From positions 1,140-65,139 of the forward strand of contig JAPPGG010000069.1 in NCBI GenBank assembly GCA_028875055.1: a stretch of 64,000 nucleotides of DNA. The letters are read 5' to 3'. Positions 52,140 to 60,769 of the stretch are shown here, piece after piece. The stretch's first letter is position 1, and each line of letters begins with the position of its first letter. The DNA comes from Chloroflexota bacterium. Lineage in GTDB: Bacteria > Chloroflexota > Dehalococcoidia > Lucifugimonadales > UBA3495. The position numbers were made by a program, and so were the translations under genes. Below the pieces are notes generated by a model that saw only the letters and a list, made by a program, of their open reading frames with translations, made no database searches and was not told where the DNA came from.

Positions 52140-52544
52140 TTGGAAGAAGTTACTATTCAGGAGGCGTCTCGGCGCTTGAATGTGTCGCAGGACATCATCC
52201 GTCGCTACATCCGTGAAGGACGATTGAACGCCCGAAGACGGTCAAGTGAGGAAGGCCGGGCCTGGGTCGTTGAAATGCCGGAAGATGGCTGGCAGGACGA
52301 TAAGAAGGACCATATAGACGACCTAGCCCGGCAGCTGACACCCTGGTGGTGGCCCAACCCCTACAAGAGGGGTGAGGTCCATTACGTTGAAAGCCTGGGA
52401 ATTGAGGAAGTGGAACCCATTTACCTGTGCGGAATGACGTCGGAAGACTTCTGGCCGGCCGTAGGGCATTCTGTGGAACAACGATGTCCGATCTGCGTCG
52501 ATGAGGTCAGGCACCGGGGATTGCCGATGGAAACCCGGGAATAG
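52140..52544 (+). CDS. Excisionase-like HTH protein with a C-terminal putative Zn finger
   Basis: TIQEASRRLNVS..IIRRYIREGRL; H...LCG...CPIC. Confidence 0.75.
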   Translation: MEEVTIQEASRRLNVSQDIIRRYIREGRLNARRRSSEEGRAWVVEMPEDGWQDDKKDHIDDLARQLTPWWWPNPYKRGEVHYVESLGIEEVEPIYLCGMTSEDFWPAVGHSVEQRCPICVDEVRHRGLPMETRE

Positions 52545-52566
52545 CCGCACGTTAAGTCAAAGAACC

Positions 52567-52608
52567 GAGGCCTCACCAGGTCCCGCCAAGGGGACAGGGT
52601 GAGGCCTC
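52567..52608. terminator. Hairpin between convergent genes
   Basis: GAGGCCTCACC..GTCCC....GGGAC..GGTGAGGCCTC. Confidence 0.7.
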
Positions 52609-52642
52609 AAACGTTTTCGGAGGAGTGTGATGTCGCGCCGGG

Positions 52643-53269
52643 TCAGCTGACCTGGAAAACCCACACCTGGTGCATAACTTCAGGTTCTCCTTTTGGCAAC
52701 GGGTAATAGGCGTCGGAGACTTCCACCAGCTTCCATAGGCCGGCAGACTCAAGGGATTCCAACTTGTCCTTGAAGCCGTTTTCCAGGTATGTGTCAGTCC
52801 TCAGGCTGAAGACGATGTGGCCGCCTGACCTTACCACCCGGACCAATTCATCAATGGAACTGGCAGGAGCGTGGCCCTGCGTGAAGACACCCACGATGAC
52901 CGAGGCATCGAACTGGTCGGTTGCATAGCCCAGTTCCTCGCCCATAGTCATCTGGTCCAGTCCCTGGTAGATGTTCTTCCTCCGGGCGACTTCCAGCATG
53001 CCTTGCGACAGGTCCATCGCCGTCATGTTGCGGAAACCCAGCTGGTGAAGGCACTCACCAACCAGGCCGGTTCCCGCCCCGGCGTCAAGGATGGATGCGT
53101 CTGTTGCCACGTGCTTGGCCAGGAACTCGGAAGTTCGCTGGGGAGAAATCCAGCCGTAATCGCTCTCCAGGTCGGCGTCGTACTCCTCCGCCCACTGGTC
53201 ATAGCGTTCTTCCAGTTCCTGCTCATTCTGAGAGGAATACACCCATTGGACGCGATCATTCTGTGTCAT
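52643..53269 (-). CDS. Class I SAM-dependent methyltransferase (YDxWAxxYD type)
   Basis: YDQWAEEYD, LDAGAGTGLVG, DLSQGML, GVFTQGHAP. Confidence 0.9.
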   Translation of the reverse strand: MTQNDRVQWVYSSQNEQELEERYDQWAEEYDADLESDYGWISPQRTSEFLAKHVATDASILDAGAGTGLVGECLHQLGFRNMTAMDLSQGMLEVARRKNIYQGLDQMTMGEELGYATDQFDASVIVGVFTQGHAPASSIDELVRVVRSGGHIVFSLRTDTYLENGFKDKLESLESAGLWKLVEVSDAYYPLPKGEPEVMHQVWVFQVS

Positions 53270-53312
53270 TACTTACCTCGATGTGCGTCGGCCGCGGAAG
53301 ACAGGCGCGGAC

Positions 53313-54134
53313 CTATTTCTTGCGGCAGACGAACATTGCCCACCCAAGTTCCTTGTTGTCCACTGCCGCTGCGGTCTCCTTGTAGGCCTCGGCCAGGTAG
53401 GCGAACCGCTCCCGGTGCTCTTCGTTGCCCCTGGAAGCGGCGTCGCTGAGCATCAGGTAGCTGGTCTTGAGGTGCCGGGAAATATCCTCGGCCTCCAGTA
53501 CCTCAAAGCCCGCGTCCTTCAATGCTACCTGGTAGGACTCGAAGGAAAAGTCCGTGTCGAACAACAGGCGCTCGTACACAAACTTCACAGCCTTTTCGCT
53601 GATTTCCGGCTGGGGCTTGATGAGGTCGTCAAAAACGAAAATCCCTCCGGGCTGCAGGACCCGGTACACCTCTTCAAGGACCTTGATCTTGTCAGGGACG
53701 TGGTAGATGGTGGCCTGGCTCCACGCCCGGTCAAATGTCTCGTCCTGCAGGGGCAGGTCGGTGGCGGAACCCTTCTTGAAGCTGACCTTCTCCCTTACTT
53801 CTTCCGGATGCTCATCGAGGGAATCGATGGCGTTGGCAATGCGGACGCCGCTCAAGTCCACCCCGGTTATCTGGCAGCCCACTTCCTTGCAGAGGGCTAT
53901 GGCGGTTGTGCCGCTGCCGCAACCCACGTCAATAACGTTGGAGTCGGCGTGCAACTGCCCGCGCCGGGCCATAACCTTGTTCAGGTTGGAGCCTGCCTCA
54001 AGGAAGGTCATGTTGGCGCCGTCTTCGAACAAACCCCAGTGGACGCTGCCGTCCTTGTCCCATAGAGCCCGGTAAACAGCATCTTCATGGTCGTAGTATT
54101 GTTCGGTTTCTGACTCGTTAAACTGCAATTGCAT
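53313..54134 (-). CDS. SAM-dependent methyltransferase resembling sarcosine/dimethylglycine N-methyltransferases
   Basis: YYD...Y...W...[45 protein letters not shown]...K. Confidence 0.85.
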   Translation of the reverse strand: MQLQFNESETEQYYDHEDAVYRALWDKDGSVHWGLFEDGANMTFLEAGSNLNKVMARRGQLHADSNVIDVGCGSGTTAIALCKEVGCQITGVDLSGVRIANAIDSLDEHPEEVREKVSFKKGSATDLPLQDETFDRAWSQATIYHVPDKIKVLEEVYRVLQPGGIFVFDDLIKPQPEISEKAVKFVYERLLFDTDFSFESYQVALKDAGFEVLEAEDISRHLKTSYLMLSDAASRGNEEHRERFAYLAEAYKETAAAVDNKELGWAMFVCRKK

Positions 54135-54486
54135 TTTCGATCTCCGTCAGATAATAGTCGAACTCGTTGTCATCGGTAACCAGGATGGCCTTGGGCCGGA
54201 CCGGTTCGTCAGTAACCTCAAAGGCCATGATGATGACCTTGTTGCCGGGGTTGGTCAGCTTGGCTGCTGCTCCCTGCACGGAAATGATGCCGCTGCCCCG
54301 TTCGCCGGAGATGGCATAGGTCTCAAACCGGGCGCCGTTGTTAACGTCACAAACCAGTACCTTCTCGTACTCCCAGATATCCGACTTGTCCATCAGATTC
54401 TGGTCGATAACAATGCTACCAATGTAGCTCTCGTCGCAGTTGGTGACCGTCGCCCGGTGAATCTTGGACCTCATGAGTTGTCGCAT
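54118..54486 (-). CDS. panD: Pyruvoyl-dependent aspartate 1-decarboxylase family protein
   Basis: [14 protein letters not shown] self-cleavage site, [15 protein letters not shown]; RBS AAGGAGGAG. Confidence 0.92.
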   Translation of the reverse strand: MRQLMRSKIHRATVTNCDESYIGSIVIDQNLMDKSDIWEYEKVLVCDVNNGARFETYAISGERGSGIISVQGAAAKLTNPGNKVIIMAFEVTDEPVRPKAILVTDDNEFDYYLTEIENAIAV

Positions 54487-54892
54487 GTATTTCTCCTCCT
54501 TGTTTTTTCCAGTCGATTCCGATTTGGTTGTGAGTTAGAAAGCGCACAAGTCTCTACAGCCGGGGCTCAAAGAGCTACCTGGTAGAGTCGTTCCACACCT
54601 TTTGAATACGTTGCGCTGATGTTCTAGCGACTAAGTATCAGCCACACTTGCCCAACAAAGACTCTATGTTGTTCAACGTGGAGGGAGCTAATGCTCGCAG
54701 GGGAGTTGGCGGCTCGGTAGAGAGGCTGTGTTTCCGAAGTAGGTGAAAAAACGCCGGGAATTGATATCGTACCTTGACCCGGCACAGAAGTTCTTCTGCC
54801 TTTCGGGCTCCGTAGAGTAAGGGATGACCTTACCCTGCCGTGCTAAACTTACACGCATCCTTGGATACCCCCTTATGCTTAGGGTGCGTTGT
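54487..54892 (-). ncRNA. Candidate structured 5' leader of the panD-methyltransferase operon
   Basis: About 405 nt between promoter and start codon, with many hairpins and mutually exclusive pairings. Confidence 0.5.
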
Positions 54893-54898
54893 TAGGGC

Positions 54899-54927
54899 AT
54901 AATACTTTCATCCAGTACCATTGTCAA
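54899..54927 (-). promoter_or_regulatory. Sigma70 promoter for the panD operon
   Basis: Minus strand TTGACA-17 bp-TATTAT. Confidence 0.8.
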
Positions 54928-55077
54928 ATTATTATCGGGTTATAATCCTCGGTATATGTCGAGCTTCCCGCCTATCTTGCCAGGGCTCTTCAATCAAGTG
55001 GACTTTCTCGGAAACAATTGGACTAATGTACTGCGGAATTCGCCATATTTTCACGAATTTCTTTGTGAGGCAGCCTG

Positions 55078-56637
55078 ATGTTTGATTTGCTGATCGACCG
55101 GGGCCGCATTGTTGATGGTACCGGGCAAACCTGGTTCAGGGGCAGTGTCGGCGTTGAAGGAGATACCCTGACCGTATTGCGGGGCGACACATCAGCGGTG
55201 GCCGCGGACCGGGTTATCAAGGCGGACGACAAAATAATCTGCCCCGGCTTCATAGATATGCATTCCCACTCCGACTTGATGCTCCTTACCGACCCGGCCA
55301 ACGAGGCGAAGCTCAGGCAGGGCGTCACCACCGACGCCCTGGGAATGGACGGCCTTTCTTACGCTCCCACTTCCCCGGCCCACCTCGAAGAGCTTCTGAC
55401 GTACCTGGCCGCGATCAACGGCACTCCCCCGCCGGACGTGCGCTGGGGCCGGGTGAGCGAGTTCCTGGACCTGCTGAACGGCCGAGTTTCCTGTAACGTG
55501 GTCTATTTTGTTCCTCACGCCGCCATCCGGGTAGAGGCTATGGGCTGGGCGGACCGCCTTCCCACCGACGACGAAATTGTCAGGATGCAGGAACTGGCCC
55601 GGCAGGGAATGCGGGACGGCGCCTTCGGTTTCTCGACTGGACTGACCTACCCTCCAGGCGCATACAGCGACACTGACGAACTCGTGGCCGTATGTGAGGC
55701 GATCAAGGACTTTGGCGGTTTCTACATGACCCACGCCCGCTACAGCCTGGGTGATCGACTTCTGGACCCCTTCCGGGAAGCCCTGAACGTCGGGCAGCGC
55801 AGCGGCGTTCCAGTACATATCTCCCATTACCACAGTCCCGTGGAAGGACTGGGAGTCCGCATGGTGTCGCTGGTGGATGAAGGCAGGGAAGCCGGCATCG
55901 ACGTAACCTTCGACCAGTATCCCTATCCGGCTGCCAGCACGGTGCTGCATTCGCTGCTGCCCTATTGGGTACACGCCGGGGGGCCCAGTCTTCTCTTCCG
56001 CCGCATCCACGAGCAGAGTATCCGGGACGAAATTGGCGACACGGTCGAGCCCCAGTGGGGCCTCAGCCTGGACCACTACATCTTCAGCCATATCGGGTCC
56101 AAGAAAAACAAGGAATGGGAGGGTCGCTCCCTGGTTGACTTGGCCGAACACCAGGGCAAGCGCATGGTTGACGCCATCTGCGACCTGCTCATCGAGGAGA
56201 ACCTGGAAGTCGCCTTCGTTGCCCGCACCGGGAATCCAGAGAACATTCGGAACATTGCAAGGCATCCGGCCCAGATGGTCGGGTCCGACGGCCTGCTGAC
56301 CGGCGACTACCCCAACCCCCGTACCTACGGCACCTTCCCCTACGTGCTGGGGCAGTTCGTGCGCGAAGAAGGCCTGTTCCCCCTGGAGGAGGGTGTGCGA
56401 AAAATGACTTCCTACCCGGCTCAGCGCCTGGGACTGAAAGACCGGGGCATCATCTGGGATGGTATGAAAGCGGACCTCGTGGTGTTCGACCCGGAGCGGG
56501 TGGAGGCCACGGCCACCTTTGAAGACCCCAAACAGTACCCGGTGGGCATCGACTACGTAATCGTCAATGGGCGAGTCGTCATTGACGATGGGGTGCATAC
56601 CGGAGCAATGGCGGGCAGGGCCCTGCGTTCCCAGTAG
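55078..56637 (+). CDS. N-acyl-D-amino-acid deacylase (D-aminoacylase)
   Basis: CPGFIDMHSHSD, GFSTGL.YPPG, HISH, DQYPY, GSDG, PR.YGTF, ADLVVFD. Confidence 0.92.
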   Translation: MFDLLIDRGRIVDGTGQTWFRGSVGVEGDTLTVLRGDTSAVAADRVIKADDKIICPGFIDMHSHSDLMLLTDPANEAKLRQGVTTDALGMDGLSYAPTSPAHLEELLTYLAAINGTPPPDVRWGRVSEFLDLLNGRVSCNVVYFVPHAAIRVEAMGWADRLPTDDEIVRMQELARQGMRDGAFGFSTGLTYPPGAYSDTDELVAVCEAIKDFGGFYMTHARYSLGDRLLDPFREALNVGQRSGVPVHISHYHSPVEGLGVRMVSLVDEGREAGIDVTFDQYPYPAASTVLHSLLPYWVHAGGPSLLFRRIHEQSIRDEIGDTVEPQWGLSLDHYIFSHIGSKKNKEWEGRSLVDLAEHQGKRMVDAICDLLIEENLEVAFVARTGNPENIRNIARHPAQMVGSDGLLTGDYPNPRTYGTFPYVLGQFVREEGLFPLEEGVRKMTSYPAQRLGLKDRGIIWDGMKADLVVFDPERVEATATFEDPKQYPVGIDYVIVNGRVVIDDGVHTGAMAGRALRSQ

Positions 56638-56665
56638 CATTGGAAGGGAATTGAAGGGAAAGCAA

Positions 56666-56733
56666 GGCGCCGGGGAACGTTCCCCGGCGCCAGTAGTTCT
56701 GGACCTGGTAGTTCAGGACTGGTAGTTCAGGAC
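56666..56733. repeat. Perfect 26-bp palindrome followed by three 14-bp tandem repeats
   Basis: GGCGCCGGGGAACGTTCCCCGGCGCC; CAGTAGTTCTGGAC, then TGGTAGTTCAGGAC twice. Confidence 0.8.
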
Positions 56734-56750
56734 GAGAATAGCGGGCCAGT

Positions 56751-57524
56751 CTATCGGCCCTTCCAGACCGGGGCCCGCTTCTCGGCAAAGGCCCGTACGC
56801 CTTCCTGAGCGTCCTCGGTTTCCAGAATCTCGTTCCGCTTCTGTTGGGCGAAGTCCACCCTTTCCTGCATCCCCATTTCAGAACCCTTGATGGATGCCTC
56901 CTTGATGGCGGCCAGAGAGAGAGGGGCGTTGGCGGTGATCATTCGGGCCATCTCTTCGGCCCTGGGCATCACTTCCTCGGGCTGCACCACATAATTGACC
57001 AGCATAAGGTCCAGCGCCCTCTGAGCGTCCACGAATTCCCCGGTGAACAGGAATTCAAAGGCGATGTTCCTCGGAACCACCTGGGAGAGCAATGCGGGCC
57101 CGCTGACCGAGGAGATTCCCCGCTTGGCCTGGGGCCAGCCGAACCTGGCTTCCGTGGAAGCGATTCGAATGTCGCTGCCCAGCGCGATGCCGCATCCCTG
57201 GGCCAGGCAGATTCCGTTAATGGCGGAAATGATCGGCTTGTATATCTTGGACTGCTCCACATAAAGGTCGCCCGTGGTTACACCTTCGTTGGCCTGGTCG
57301 TTAGCCATGGCCACCAGGTCATGGCCGGTGGAGAAAGCGCGACCCCGCCCCGTTACGATGGCGCAGCGCACTTCCGGGTTGGTTTTCACATCCTGAAACG
57401 ACTCCCACAGCAGCTGACGCATATTGGGGTCAATGGCGTTCAGCTTTTCAGGTCGGTTCATCGTAATGTAAGCGATGCCTTCCTTGATTTCGTAGATTGC
57501 TTCGGGTTCGGTCTGTGTGGTCAA
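56751..57524 (-). CDS. Enoyl-CoA hydratase/isomerase
   Basis: NRPEKLNA, AFSTGHDL, KPIISAING, SDIRIA, FAEKRAP.WKGR. Confidence 0.92.
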   Translation of the reverse strand: MTTQTEPEAIYEIKEGIAYITMNRPEKLNAIDPNMRQLLWESFQDVKTNPEVRCAIVTGRGRAFSTGHDLVAMANDQANEGVTTGDLYVEQSKIYKPIISAINGICLAQGCGIALGSDIRIASTEARFGWPQAKRGISSVSGPALLSQVVPRNIAFEFLFTGEFVDAQRALDLMLVNYVVQPEEVMPRAEEMARMITANAPLSLAAIKEASIKGSEMGMQERVDFAQQKRNEILETEDAQEGVRAFAEKRAPVWKGR

Positions 57525-57611
57525 GATATTCTCCTCCTAAGTTGTTGGCGCAGGGGAAAGCAGTCCAGGCGTGAACCTGTCCGCTCCCCGCCGTACCCAG
57601 TCCTGTTTTTC

Positions 57612-58886
57612 CTAAATTATTCGAGACCCGGTCGGCTTCGTCCCAATCACTCCGCCCGCTTCCAGGTCATCAATTTCCTCGGCGGCAATTCCCAGCAATT
57701 CCCGGTAAATCTGGCGGTTGTGCTGGCCCAGTGTGGGTGACGGCCAGTGGACCTGCCCCGGGGTTTTCGACATGCGCCAGGCGAACCCCTGGTACCACTT
57801 GGGACCCACCCGAGGATGGTCCACGTAGTTGAATGTGCCCCGGTCGGTGTAATGCGGGTTCTCCAGCAGATCAGGGCCCCGCAGCACCGGACCCGCCGGG
57901 ACCCCCTTGCTCTGCAACAGGCTGGTCACTTCCCACATGTCCTTTTCGGAAACCCATGCTCCAAGGAGCGCGTCCAGCTCCCGCCGGTGCTGGAGCCTGT
58001 CCCGGTTGGTAGCAAACCGGGGATCCTGAGCCAGTTCCGGCTGTCCCAGGGCCTCCGCCAGGCCGCGCCACTGGTCGTCGTTGGTAACCCCGATAGTCAC
58101 CCAGCGGTCTTCACCCTTGCAGGGGTAGGCATTCTGGGGCGCGAACCAGGGGGAGTGGTTGCCCATGCGCTGCGGTTCCTCAGCGCTGATCTGGTAGGCC
58201 ACAACCTCGCCGCCGATCAGGGCCACCGCCGACTCCTGCTGGGAAACGTCCACGAACATGCCCTTTCCCGTGCGCCGCCGATATCGCAGCGCGGCCAGCA
58301 GCACCCCCGCGGCGTGGGACCCGGTAATGGGGTCGCCGTGATTTATGCCCGATTTCATTGGCCCGTCGTTGACATATCCCGTCATATGGGCCATGCCCGA
58401 AAGCTGTTCCTGCCCAATCCCATAGGCCACATAATTCTGCCAGGGACCGCTGTTGCCGAAGGCAGGCATTGAGGCGTAAATCAGGTCCGGCCGAATCTGG
58501 CGCAGGGTCTCGTAGTCGTACCCCAGGCGGGTGAGGCTGCCCTGCCGGAAATTTTCCACCACCACGTCGCTGATGGACACCAGTTCCTCGAAAACCCGCC
58601 GGCCCTTCTCCTCTGTCAATTCCAGGGTGATACCGTACTTGCTCATGTGCAGGCAGTTGAACCACCCGTTTCGGTTCCAGGCCTCTTCCCCGGGATCGGA
58701 ATCAGGGTATGCCGCGATACCCGGGGCGGGAGCTACTGGTCCCCGGTGCGAGTCATAGACCCGCATGGATTCCATCTTGATGACCTCTGCCCCCATGTCG
58801 GCCAGCAGCTTTGTGCAGTAGGGGCCGGCCCAGATCCTGGACAGGTCGAGAATGCGAAAGTTTTTCAGGGGTTGTGCCGCGCTCAA
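57612..58886 (-). CDS. Family III CoA-transferase, catalytic-type subunit
   Basis: ILDLSRIWAGP, LADMGAEVIK, ENF, HGDPITG (Asp); TTG start abuts the upstream stop. Confidence 0.9.
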   Translation of the reverse strand: MSAAQPLKNFRILDLSRIWAGPYCTKLLADMGAEVIKMESMRVYDSHRGPVAPAPGIAAYPDSDPGEEAWNRNGWFNCLHMSKYGITLELTEEKGRRVFEELVSISDVVVENFRQGSLTRLGYDYETLRQIRPDLIYASMPAFGNSGPWQNYVAYGIGQEQLSGMAHMTGYVNDGPMKSGINHGDPITGSHAAGVLLAALRYRRRTGKGMFVDVSQQESAVALIGGEVVAYQISAEEPQRMGNHSPWFAPQNAYPCKGEDRWVTIGVTNDDQWRGLAEALGQPELAQDPRFATNRDRLQHRRELDALLGAWVSEKDMWEVTSLLQSKGVPAGPVLRGPDLLENPHYTDRGTFNYVDHPRVGPKWYQGFAWRMSKTPGQVHWPSPTLGQHNRQIYRELLGIAAEEIDDLEAGGVIGTKPTGSRII

Positions 58887-60089
58887 CTAGATGACTCCTT
58901 CGGCAAAAAGACGTTCCACTCCCTGGCTGTCGTAGCCCAGTTCTCCCAGGACCGACAGGTTGTGCTCCGCCAGCAGCGGCGCTCTCCGGTACACCCAGGG
59001 TTCAATCTCCTTGGAGTGAGGGCTGATGGGAGGACCGGGATAGCGAAAACGGCCGGCTATGGGGTGGTCTAGCTCAACGAAATAGTCCCGGGCCACCAGC
59101 TGCTCCATTTCCAGGATGTCCTGCATTCCGGCCACGAAGGAGAATCCAAGGCCGTGGTCCTGCCCTGCCTTGAAAATGTCCACCTTGTCGTGTTCCAGCA
59201 GCCAGGGCAGCATCAGGGCGTCCACCTCGTCCGCGTTGAGCAGGCGACCCTGCCGGGAAGCGAACCGGGGATCCGCCAGTTCCTCGCTCTCCATGATCCT
59301 GGCCACCTCGGGCCAGTTCTGGTCCGGACCAGCAATAATGCCCACAAACCCGTCCTGGCAGGGGTATATGCCCCAGGCCGCGCGCCCGTACCCCCGGTTA
59401 CCCACCCGGGTGAACTCCACGCCCGAGTAGCTGTACTGCATCAGGGCGTTTTCCAGGACGTTGGTGGCATATTCCGCGATGGCCAGGTCTATGTGCTGTC
59501 CCTCGCCAGTGTCTTCTGCGCAAAACAGGGCAGTCATCGTGGCGACAAAGGCGTTCTGCCCGGCGCCCAGCTGCGAAAGGGGCGCCCCTTCTTTCAGGGG
59601 AGGTTCTTCGGGCTCGCCCGTAATGTTCATCAGGCCGCCGGTGGCATAGAGGTTGATTTCGTCAGCCTTCCAGTCCCGGTAGGGGCCGGTCTGGCCGTAG
59701 TTTGAGACCGAGGTCATCACCAGGACAGGGTTAACCCTGCTCAGGGAGTCGTAGCCCAGACCCAGGCGTTCCATCACTCCCGGCGAGAAATTCTCGACCA
59801 CAATGTCGGCGTTTTCCACCAGCCTCAGCGCCAGCTCTCTGCCCTTTTCCGTTTTGAGGTCCAGGGTAATGCTCTTTTTGGAGGTATTCAGATAGAGGAA
59901 CCAGGCTCCGCTTTCGCCTGGTTGACGCTCGCTGGCGAAAGGGGGAATTCCCCGTATGGGGTCCCCGACGCCCGGCCGCTCAATCTTGATGACTTCCGCG
60001 CCCAGGGTGGCCAAGAGCTTGGTGCAGTAGGGGCCGGCAAAATGGTGGGTAAAGTCGATTACCTTTACACCTTCGAGCAATCCGGGCAT
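58887..60089 (-). CDS. Family III CoA-transferase, subunit lacking the catalytic Asp
   Basis: FAGPYCTKLLA, NTSKKS, YGQTGPY; LSQLGAG at the Asp position. Confidence 0.9.
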   Translation of the reverse strand: MPGLLEGVKVIDFTHHFAGPYCTKLLATLGAEVIKIERPGVGDPIRGIPPFASERQPGESGAWFLYLNTSKKSITLDLKTEKGRELALRLVENADIVVENFSPGVMERLGLGYDSLSRVNPVLVMTSVSNYGQTGPYRDWKADEINLYATGGLMNITGEPEEPPLKEGAPLSQLGAGQNAFVATMTALFCAEDTGEGQHIDLAIAEYATNVLENALMQYSYSGVEFTRVGNRGYGRAAWGIYPCQDGFVGIIAGPDQNWPEVARIMESEELADPRFASRQGRLLNADEVDALMLPWLLEHDKVDIFKAGQDHGLGFSFVAGMQDILEMEQLVARDYFVELDHPIAGRFRYPGPPISPHSKEIEPWVYRRAPLLAEHNLSVLGELGYDSQGVERLFAEGVI

Positions 60090-60769
60090 GGGGCGAGTCT
60101 CCTGGTGTGGCCCGCAAAGACTGGGAACGAACAGGCCGCTTGCGAGGCGGATTCCCCCTAAATCGGGCGAAAATCAGGTTGCATTGTTGCATTGGGTTGC
60201 CGGAATTGCAAGGGCAAAAGGGTATTTTGAAGCGGCCCGGTAGCGACCGATGCCACCTGGTTAGACTTGCAGGGCGGGCCCTCGGTTTCAGTCCCTCCGT
60301 TACCCTTTCGTTCTATCTTGCCGGGAAGGCAGCTATGAGGGGGTGACGTCCGTGGAATGTTGATTGGGCCCAATTCCCATTTTTCCGTCTCCCCTCCGCT
60401 GCTTATCCCGGCTGCCCTGCCTGCACCACCAATACCGGTCATGATCAGTGGAAGAGCATGAGTTGCGCCAGTTGGTATTCCCGGAAACTCTCCAGGGCAG
60501 CCATTTGCGCTCAGGTTGGCTTAAGTCCTGGGTGTTGCACGGGCGGTTAACCCCGTCACGCTGGACCAACCCACTTCCTCAGCCGTCGGCCCCACAGGTC
60601 CAGATGGCGGAGGATTATTGGAATTAATGGAGTTCTTGCTTTCGAGTACCTCTTCACAGTTGCAGTCTGAGCAGTTGGTCCGGAGGAACAAACGACCCGC
60701 GCAGGGTACTGTCACGCCATCCTTTATGCTATTCTGCCCCCGAGACTAGTTCAGGGATGGACGACAAAG

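Noticed and set aside
56691-56733. CRISPR array
   Set aside because: 14-bp units without spacers and no cas genes; no CRISPR-like array anywhere in the window.
60090-60769. Small ORFs or RNA in the 680-bp divergent gap
   Set aside because: Several short Cys-containing frames exist, but none has a convincing start, RBS or motif, and no clear extended stem was seen; left unannotated.
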